Source: Chrysomallon squamiferum (lineage: Eukaryota > Animalia > Mollusca). Taken from it: a stretch of 64,000 bases of DNA. Shown in pieces: positions 54,670 through 64,000 of the stretch. The notes beneath the pieces were generated by a model. The model made no database searches. It saw only the letters and a list, made by a program, of their open reading frames with translations, and was not told the DNA's origin. The stretch is taken from contig CM022667.1 in NCBI GenBank assembly GCA_012295275.1, positions 18,910,001 to 18,974,000 on the forward strand, given 5' to 3'. Numbering within the stretch: the stretch's first letter is position 1; the number at the start of each line of letters is the position of its first letter. The position numbers and the translations under genes were made by a program.

Positions 54670-57600
54670 TGTCTGTACTAATGCCGTACTTTTTAATCAT
54701 CCTGGGATACATGAGTGAGGCTGTGAAGAGAGCAAGCAGTCCAAACAGGAATGAATCTTCAATTCTGAGCCTGAATGGAGTGGAGAAACGGGACAGGTAT
54801 GTGGGACCAATGTATGCCATGAAACCAAGCAGAAGACAGATTGACAGAACAGGCAGTATTGAAAACAAACCAGTGGGTGGTCCTAGCTGTAATACAATCA
54901 TATTTTTTATGAATTTTAAAAATTATGTTATAGTGTATATTTCAAAATTTATAAGATTATAATTAATCTAAAATACAAAACTAACTGTTAAAATTATAAA
55001 AGTATATTTGTATGTTCAGTTTATTAGAAATTCTAAAAAACAGAAAAAGACTTTTGATATATAAATTGCTTTAGAATCCAGAAAAAAGATATAATGTAAA
55101 CAATATATTCCATCAGAAATTAATAATTGTAGTACATGAATTCCTATAGTGAAAGTGCATGTATAATAAGCTACAGAAATGGTAAAAATAGTTATGAGTA
55201 TGGCACGTGTATTACATCTTACATTCACTGACTGTTAATAAAAAAACAATTATTTGAAGTATTCATTAATCAAATATTTCTTCAACAATAAAAGTTAACT
55301 TTCTAAAAATATAAAAAATACTATTACATTTTTATCCAAGAATACAAATCATACGAAGTACTGATTAAACAGGTATTTGTTAATTCATATCAGATCACTT
55401 TTTAAAAATATTAAAAAAAAAAATTATTACATCTTCATCGAGGCTCTGGTCAGTGTCGGAATTTTCTAAAGTTTTGTCTTCTTCTTTGTCCTCAGAACTC
55501 AGTTTTGTTTTTCTGTCTTCAGTTTTATCTTCATCGACATCACTTTCTTTATTTTTATCAGTGTCTTTATTTTCATCTTCTTCTCTGCTTCCATCATTTT
55601 TGCTTTCATCACTTTCACCAATGTCTTCACTTTTGACATTTTCTTTCTTTGAATCATCGCTTTGTTTTTTTTCTTCGGGTTTCTTTTCTGTATTTTCCTG
55701 AGTTTTTGACTTCTTCAGTTCTTCATCTCTTCCAACCCACAAAGCAATTGCTTAATCATTGTTAAGTTAAATTTCAGAGATATTAGATTCTTAATTACTG
55801 AAAGGTAAACCAATTTTTCAAGATTGAATGATTTGTTAAAATAAAATGTACAAAATTAAAGTATTTTATAAAACTGTGAAATAATGATAATAAAAGTACT
55901 AGTAATAGTAAGAGTAATACTAGACTAGTAGTAGTAGTAGTAATACAAGTAATAACAGTTGTAGTAGTAACAATAGTAGTATTTGTAAAAATATTATTAA
56001 AAATAAAACCATAATAATTATATTAACAGCAGAGAAATATTAATAATTACATTATTATTATAATAAATATTATAGTTGGTCAATATTTTAATTATAATTA
56101 CTCTAAGACTCAGAAATATCTATCAGAATTTTAAAAGGATATTTTTATCAGAGCAGCTGCAACTATTAAAGCAAATGGTGGCATGTAGAGGCCAATGGAC
56201 ACATAGCGATTTGTCGCAGGAAGGAGGTAGAAAAAGAAAGACTGGTGAAATCTTTCTAGAAGATTATTCAAACTTCGAAATACTCCCTCGATGACCCTGA
56301 AACCAGAATTTCATTGATTATAACACAAGTATTATAACACAAGAGAAAGAAAGTTCAAAACATATATACAAATTATGTGTCTCATGGCACTAAGAAGATA
56401 ATTAAACAGTGCATAAATTATTTTGAAAAAAAATAAAGTAAATGTATTTTGCATGTATAAAAATTGTATTCTTTAGAATGGAAGACCAACCTTTGTCAAT
56501 AATAAAGTAAGCAATTAACCTTTGAATAAACGCACAGTAGTCTGAACAAATGAATAATTATCTACACATAAGAAGTATTCTAACCTCACTGCAATGTCAA
56601 GGTTATGAGATCTTCGAGCGACACCTTTCACCGCAGTGAAGGTCAAGGCTTCAATGTGAAATCGATGGAAGAGTCCATGATTGCCAGCAGGGGACCCACT
56701 GGCCTGGTTCCACATCATGTTGAGCATGGTAACCAGTGAGTGAGTGAAGCCTTCAAAAGATTCGGGACTCAAGTTGGAGTCCAGCTGAAAACAGTGGATA
56801 AATGCCCAGTTGTAATGTACTTTATATTAAAATTATCATGCTGACAACATTTTGGGATAAGATTTAAAATAACTTTTTGGGGGGTTTTGGTGGTTTTTTT
56901 CAGAAATAAAATTAATATATTAATGCAAGTAGGTTTTTGGATAGATTTTGATGATTTCACCTTTTTTTTAAAAATAAATATTACTAATAGAAAAGTCAAA
57001 CAACAAATTGTTACATTATCATAAAATTAAAAATTTTAATACTGAAATTTGTTTAAATGAAACACTATCACCGATCAATGAAATTAATAATGAAACTGGT
57101 ATAAATGAAAAACTATCACCGTTTAATAATATTAATACTGAAATTGGTATAAATGAAACATCAACACTGTTCAATAATATTAACACTGAAATTTTTATCA
57201 ATGAAACAATGTCACTGTTCAAAGTATTTAAAAGAGAAATTATACCCTGTTGTTCAGAGCAACATCAATTCCTTCCTGACGACACAGTCTGACAGCTAAG
57301 TTGACAAGGTCAAGGTTAGGCAGCTGACCATTCAGTCCGGTCATCTTTAGGTCCATGTACCAAAATGGACCTGGAGGAATTTCCAAATTTATCGCTGCTT
57401 GGATCTGACCACTTCTCCCAGACAAGTGACCAGCCAATATGTCTGAAATAACCACAGCAATTCTGAATAAAACGTTTAACAGATAATACTGATGAAAGAA
57501 CCAGAAAATTATTATTTATCTTTTTAACTCATAATATATATATTAAATAATTTCAAAATATTAAATAGTCTTTTAACAGATTATACAAATGAAAGAACCA

Positions 57601-60510
57601 GAAAATTATTATTAATCTTTTAACTCATAAACCATATGAAATAATTTGAAAATTTTAAATAATCTTTTTAACAGGTAATATATCTGAAAGAACAAAATTG
57701 TAAATGATCTTTAACTGAACCAATCACAAAAACAGAAAATAATATTTTAGAAGATAATATATGTGAAGCAAACCCAGAAATCGTGAATAAACGTAAAACA
57801 AATAATTTGAAACAAACACAATATTCTAGTAACTGAATAATTCTGAATTAATAAAAAAATAATTTTTAACTTCATACATCAGAAGGAACCATAATAATTT
57901 TGTGTACTTGTGTTATATTTTACACTTTTAATAAAAAATAAATTGACAGGCACTAAATATTATTTTTCTGCAATTATGAAATACAAAGACGGGAGATAAG
58001 TTTAGATAAAAACACAAAATAAATAAATAAATAAATAAAAATCCATACTAAAATAACCACACTGTTACAAACAATCCAAACAAAGTAAAAGAAACAAAAC
58101 AAAGTGAAATTATTTTAACTTACGGTCAGATGATACTTGATGGTAAGCATCTAACCAAGCTTGTGTGCCAACTTCATCAAACTCAGTCATGAGAAAAATT
58201 ATATCTTTAGCTAAATAAGGTTTTGCTGAAATATACACAAAATTTAATTAAATTTTTCTTTTATTGGTTATTAAATATAACTGAATCAACGAGAGAAAAA
58301 TATTTAGCATCAGCAAGTATTAAAAGGTTATTGTGCACGAGTAAAATACATGAAGGAAAATTAACATTACTTATACTCTTTTCATGAAAATACTCACAAT
58401 GGCTTAATCTGGGGAGAGATATTTAGAATGGGATGTATCATAATGATCTATATAACATTTCTGTGACAAGTAAGAAAAGGCCTTTCTAAACATTCACATT
58501 AGAAAATTTTAAGTACCATTTTAAGTTTCACTGATGGACTTAAAATGTATTTCAATAAAAACAACAAGAAAAATGTTCCTTACACCTGAAGTGTTTAGCC
58601 AGTGACCACATGATAGCAATTCCTCCCCCTGTCTGTTCATTGTCTTCTGCTACAAGGGGGCGCAATGGTGACGACATCACAACAGCTTCTGTTCCTGCAC
58701 TTCTCCGAGCTCTGAGGATAGCATAGATGTTTTCACTAGGTATGGTCTGCAATGATAATGTAAATACGTTTTATAAATTTTTGAATATGTGTCGTTTTGT
58801 GTGCGTGTGTGTGTGTGTGCCTGTGTGTGCATGAATGTGCATGTGTTTATTCATATGTACACATATGGGTATGGAGTTTTCTCTGTTCAGATAATCTGTT
58901 CATAAATGTCTCTATGTATATATATTTATATTTAAGGGTGACACATATCCAGGTTAGTGTGTATATGTGTGTGTTTGTATGTCTGTCCTGTGTGTCCTGT
59001 TTGTATATATTTGTGAGTGTATAAGTATTAACATTTAATAGTTCCATTTAGAAGTATTCATTTTTCTGTTACATAAATGAGCTAAAAGTTATTAAAATAC
59101 TGAAATCACTGACCTGTCTATCATGGGCAGCAAATGGATAAATTAAAGAGAAATTATGTCGATATACATCCAATCCCAAAGACTGAAATCTCCTCAGAAT
59201 CCATTCTTTTGGTACCTTTCTGTAAATAAATAAAATCAATCTAAATGATTCAGATCATTATAAATAAAGTACCTACTTTTATAGCATGTTATATAAATTC
59301 AGTTTACAATTTAAAAAGAATGTTTTAATGTTTCTAATCCCAAAAGAAATAAAATAAAATAAAATAGGATAAAATATAATTTTTAAATTAATTATAAAGG
59401 TAAATATTTCTCAAATCTGCAGTTGTGACATTATTTAAAATGTATGTCTGGTAATATCATGAAACAGTGTGAATATACTCAGTTTTTATCAATGTTAACT
59501 TTTATTTGTTTTGTTTTTTCATACCCAGTATTAATTAATAATGAAGTATAATAATACAGATTACTGTTTAAAACAAATTAAGTATAAATTTACACTCACT
59601 CTTTGTCTTTCTTCATTTCTGACATCAAAGCAGCATTAAAATTATTCAAGTCTTTACTTGCATAAAATTCATTCTCAACTAAACCTTAAAGGAAGAAAGA
59701 AAATATAAAAACATACACACAAAATTCCAAACACAAATAAAACATTTTGAAGTAAATTCTATGAAATTAAAAATTAATCTTTAATTAATTTGTACTACCT
59801 TTAAAAAAAAAAGGTACATGAATATGAAAATTAAAAAGAAACAGTAAAAACATAAATTTAATCTCTTCCTGAAGACTTCATGATCATTTAATGACAGTAC
59901 ATCTACCTTTTAATTTTGTTATAAAATTTTAAAATGCTGTGTTGCACAAACTTAAAGAAAATATGTTTCAATCACTATATTTCTCAAAATGTCAGCTATT
60001 ATTTACATACTAAACATATGAATGAATAATTGATGAATGATCAAAAATTTAATTTAATATTAATATAAATAAACCAAAACTTAAATTTACATACCAATAA
60101 TAGCAGTAATTACAAATATCTAAGATGAAATTCTTTGTCATCATTCAAAGGTGAATCAATTACCACAAGAAATTGTATCTTACATTTCTTCTTACAGACA
60201 GAAAACTGACATACCATAGTCTTTGTTATACTAGTACTAATGGTTTGGGAAAAGGAATTAATGACAGAGGTATATGAAGAGCTACAAGAACCATGAACAA
60301 ATACACATACACAAAACAAAATTTATGAATATTCATACCTGGCAAAAGAGCATTCTCAGAGAAATATGTTTTTCCATTAAGTGGTTCATATGCCAGTGCA
60401 AGAAACCAAGCAACGCCAACCACATACAGAAGAACACAAAGTTTTTGATTATAGTTTGAGATAGCATCTATCAGTTTCTGTCTTTGTTTTGGATTTGTTA
60501 GCAGTCCCAT
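53166..60510 (-). CDS. GPAA1: GPI transamidase component GPAA1/Gaa1, ~714 aa
   Basis: Minus-strand exons: 60510-60339, 59684-59600, 59219-59114, 58746-58584, 58225-58124, 57442-57246, 56784-56585, 56296-56143, 55751-55431, 54886-54690, 54015-53842, 53439-53166. All phases are compatible (2145 nt). Diagnostic motifs: [76 protein letters not shown], plus C-terminal TM helices. Confidence 0.95.
55752..56142 (-). other. U12-type minor intron in GPAA1 with AT-AA termini
   Basis: The minus-strand 5' site is ATATCCTTTT at 56142. The branch site AACTTAAC lies at 55768-55761. Frame is restored near the branch site only by ending at ...ATGATTAA|GCA ATT GCT (LIK|AIALWVG). Confidence 0.82.
57035..57225. 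repeat. 48-bp degenerate tandem repeat (~4 copies) in a GPAA1 intron
   Basis: Variants of ATTAATACTGAAATTGGTATAAATGAAACATCAACACTGTTCAATAAT recur at a 48-bp period. Confidence 0.8.
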
Positions 60511-61479
60511 AGTTTATAGCTGAAACAAAAAACAATACTAATACTCTTCTTGTAAACTATAGTAAAATATACCAAACATAAATTGAGTACTTAATAATAA
60601 TAATAATAATAATAATAATTAATTTATAAATAGTAATTTATATTTATTCATACACGTCTATAATTTAAATGTGAAATGAAAAACTGTTATTGTGTTAATA
60701 ATATTAGTAAGTTACTAAGTACTATAACCATCATAATCATCAGTGTAACACTGAGTGTTCATCAAAATCTGAAGAAAAAAAAATGGTTTACTAATACTAA
60801 TAGAATATCCATTTCAACAAAATTTCTTTGATGTAAATTTCAACCTACAAAGTAGTGAGATAGTAAGAATAAAATTTATCACTTTCATTTCATGATTTTG
60901 TCTTCTCCGATCCGTTAAATTATTAGTTTTAACTTTTACTCTAACCACAAAACAGCATCAACAATTTTATATAAAAATGGTATTAAATCAGAAACGTTCT
61001 ACTAACCGTTACAAAATCTAATTTTAATGTTATAATGTTATATTAGTTTGAAGCATTTCAATCAAAACAATTATATTTCATTTAATTTTTATTGCTACAT
61101 CTATGCAGCATTATACTGATTTCAAGAGGCTTGTTATAATGAATAGTATTTTAATATTCAGCGTAACATAGGTGTGTAAGGCGGTATAAATGTACTTGGT
61201 GTAAACCATAAACTTCACTCATTGTTTAAAATATCCACTACAGCAACACTTTCAAAAAAGTAATTTTCAAAATAAGATTTCTTACATAATCTTTATATTA
61301 TATCATAAATAATGTAAATGTTGATTTGTTTTAATCAAATGTATGACAATGTTTTATAATGTGACGAAAGATGAGTGCAAAATTACAGCTCAGAGAACAA
61401 ACTACAAGCATCAATTTTTCAATCAACCAGTAAACGGTTTAAAATAATGAAATTATATTATTAGTATTATTAGTATTAT

Positions 61480-61559
61480 CATGTTCATGTTCATGTTCAT
61501 TTTCATTTTCATGTTCAAGTTCATGTTCATGTTCATGTTCATGTTCATGTTCATGTTCA

Positions 61560-61590
<31 letters not shown>

Positions 61591-61600
61591 GTTTATGTTT
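61480..61600. repeat. Compound hexanucleotide microsatellite (CATGTT)n to (TATGTG)n
   Basis: Directly visible, within the putative GPAA1 5' UTR intron. Confidence 0.9.
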
Positions 61601-61929
61601 ATTGCTGTTGTTATAGATATTTATATTATAACTTTTTAACTTTATTCTTCGATTTCGGTATTATTGCTTTTTGTCTTATTTTATATATGATTTTCGTTTC
61701 TTAAGTTAGACCAAAAATAAATTAATAAAATTTTATTGTCCAAATATATCCATTTATAAAACTGTACAAAATATGTGTATGTTGCTTTGTTTGATAATAA
61801 ATCTACCAAATATTTAGATCTAAATAGTAAAATAAAATTAAAACTGATATTACTTTGTTTAATTATTTTTATATTAAAAGCAGAATAAAAATCTGGTAAC
61901 GAACTAACAATATCAAATATGATTTGACA

Positions 61930-62025
61930 CCGGCCTATTTACCTCGTTCCTGCATGACCGGATGATAAATTGTTACCTCGCTGACGGATCTTTTGTAGTG
62001 AGGAATCGGCGAAAATGGCCGCGAT
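61930..62025. promoter_or_regulatory. Very compact bidirectional promoter region, GPAA1/CYC1
   Basis: This is a CpG-containing patch. Minus-strand donors GAG|GTAAAT (61942) and GAG|GTAACA (61976) could pair with the acceptor TTTGTTTCAG at 60520, 9 nt before the GPAA1 ATG. A YY1-like AAAATGGCCGC overlaps the CYC1 start codon. Confidence 0.6.
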
Positions 62026-64000
62026 CGTCGGTAGAACCTCCAGCCAGGCTTTGTTAATTGCAAGATCAGGATTCACGTGTCAAAAAGTAAGATTGTAAAC
62101 TTGCCATATTTAAGCATAATGAAATGTTCTTTTAAAAAAGTTTTGTTGTTTTAACTATTAAGCAAGGAGTTGGAAATTATCGAATTATGAACTTGTGCCC
62201 TTGAAACGCCGGGTCGACATCTCCTAGGGTCGTGTTAGCTAACATGTATAGATATGTACGTGACATGCTCGTTTCTCTTATAATCAGTGGTGCCAAGCAC
62301 ATTTATCAATATAATTATTAAAATATGAACTTCTAAAAGTGTATCTGCGTTTTTATTTTTTAAGTGTTTGTAGAAATTCTTCACTGTCGTTCTATTTTAA
62401 TCCCAAAACCATACATACTAACGTCATTAAACACCTTACTATTTATCACATTCTCTCGAGTCACAGATAATTTAATTGTGAATTTTAAGCGAATGAAATT
62501 GTCATTTGTACATAACTAATAGAATCAGAAAATTAATGAAAGACAAATTACTCAACAGTTTGTCATTGAAATTTATGTTCCACTTGAAAAGAAAAACAGT
62601 TAGAACTTAGTGTTGAGACGTTATTTATTTAATCTTCACCGTTTGTTGGCGAATTATATTAGTTTCATAAGAGCAGTATTGTTTTTCCTATAAAATCATG
62701 CCTTACATAAGTAAAAATTTAATATAAAAGACAGATTATCATATATCCTTTAGAATTTGACAGTTAAATTTGTAAACACGCTTAAAAAAAACCATAAAGC
62801 AAACATCAAAACAAACAAACAAACAACCATAGAGTTTAAGAAAAATAAGACAGTATATCAGTAATACTTTTAAACAATTTATTTTAAAAATCTGAACAGT
62901 TAAATGTAATGGAATAAACAACTGTAAAACATTCTAGCCAAAATAAGTTTGAAAATAGTTTTTGAAAAAACATCTGATGACCATTGCCTGAGTAATTTGC
63001 TTTGTCCTTTAATGAGAATCCATCTGGACTATAATCATGTATTTCTGTGTTTCAAAGCTTGTGTATATTTTTCTGACTATACTAGTTGCAGGTTTTTCTC
63101 TAGTGTTCTTTGATGTAATCATACTTAACAAACATGACAGTTTTTTAAAGGTGTCATTTATTTTTAATTTTAACTTTTCAGGCATCACTTACAACTGCCA
63201 AAAGATTAAGTGCTGGGAAAAAGGTGGTAAGTAAAATATCTTTGCTTCAAAACATAGAGTTCTTTGCACCTATATCATAGTAACATGAATTAAAACATGT
63301 AAAATCATGTTAAGATATTAAGTTCTGTGGTAAACACTGATAGTCTTAATATTTCTTAATGAATATTTTCTGTTTTGTGATGACTTAAGAAAACAAAAAT
63401 TGTAAACAAAGCATTACACTTTCTGATATTTAGTGAAACAATAAATTTACTAGAAGCAGTACTATATACCAATAACTCACATAACATAAAGCCAATGTCC
63501 ACAGTGTAAAACTACATCCATAAAACTTTCCACTTTATTTTTTCACTGATTGGCTAATCATCTGCATTAAATAATGTTAGTAGAATCAGGTTTACAGTAA
63601 CCAAACATTATGACAAGGATCCAGTAAAATATTTTTGTCATTTTAGTAAAAAATAATGTCTTCCAACTGACAGTAGGTTAAGTGTTATAAATTTTGAGTT
63701 CAGTTCTCAATACGTGGTCTTACTGATCAGTTAGATGTTCAGGTACTAGGTAAATGAACCTAGAATTCCAAATTTTGTGCCATAAATATTGGATAAATGA
63801 CGTTTGATTCTGAATTTTGTGCCAGAAATCGTGGCTGAATATGTTTTTAATTATTGTTTTGATTAATAATTTGATCTACTTGTTTATTTAGTATGTTGAA
63901 TTCAGTTCATTGATTTCATAATTTCAGCATAAATTTCATATATTATTATTTATTTGTTTTTTTCTTTAATTTTTTTTTGCAGGCATTAGCATGTGTGGGA
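62015..64000 (+). CDS. CYC1: Probable cytochrome c1 heme protein, mitochondrial (5' part only, runs off the window)
   Basis: Exons 62015-62086, 63182-63226 and 63983-64000 give MAAIVGRTSSQALLIARSGFTCQK|ASLTTAKRLSAGKKV|ALACVG. This is an acid-free mitochondrial presequence, and LSAGKKVALACVG resembles human CYC1 LSRGRKVMLSALG. The heme-binding CxxCH is outside the window, so the identity rests on the presequence and the GPAA1 adjacency. Confidence 0.7.

Noticed and set aside
57008-57292. Plus-strand ORF with 16-aa Asn-rich repeats inside GPAA1
   Set aside because: Translation of an intronic 48-bp repeat with a non-ATG start, overlapping a GPAA1 exon in antisense.

Overview
AT-rich, microsatellite-dense animal genomic DNA with spliceosomal introns, most likely a lophotrochozoan and plausibly a gastropod mollusc (inference). 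The first ~28 kb has no credible protein-coding gene. It holds long simple repeats, a 60-bp minisatellite carrying CRE palindromes, decayed repeats and possible regulatory islands. At 28.6-35.7 kb there are two tandem paralogous coiled-coil genes I do not recognise, each with a CRE just upstream of the ATG. The longer one carries a ~17 x 11-aa repeat with seven full CDK consensus sites. Next come USP10 (+, 15 coding exons, with a GT-AG U12 intron) and, convergent with it, GPAA1 (-, 12 coding exons). GPAA1 has a minor intron that only restores frame as a rare AT-AA intron, and a long charged low-complexity insert. Head-to-head with GPAA1, across under ~75 bp, is the 5' end of a probable cytochrome c1 (CYC1) gene, which is also GPAA1's neighbour in human. 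All gene models were spliced by hand from splice signals and frame continuity; no searches were run.
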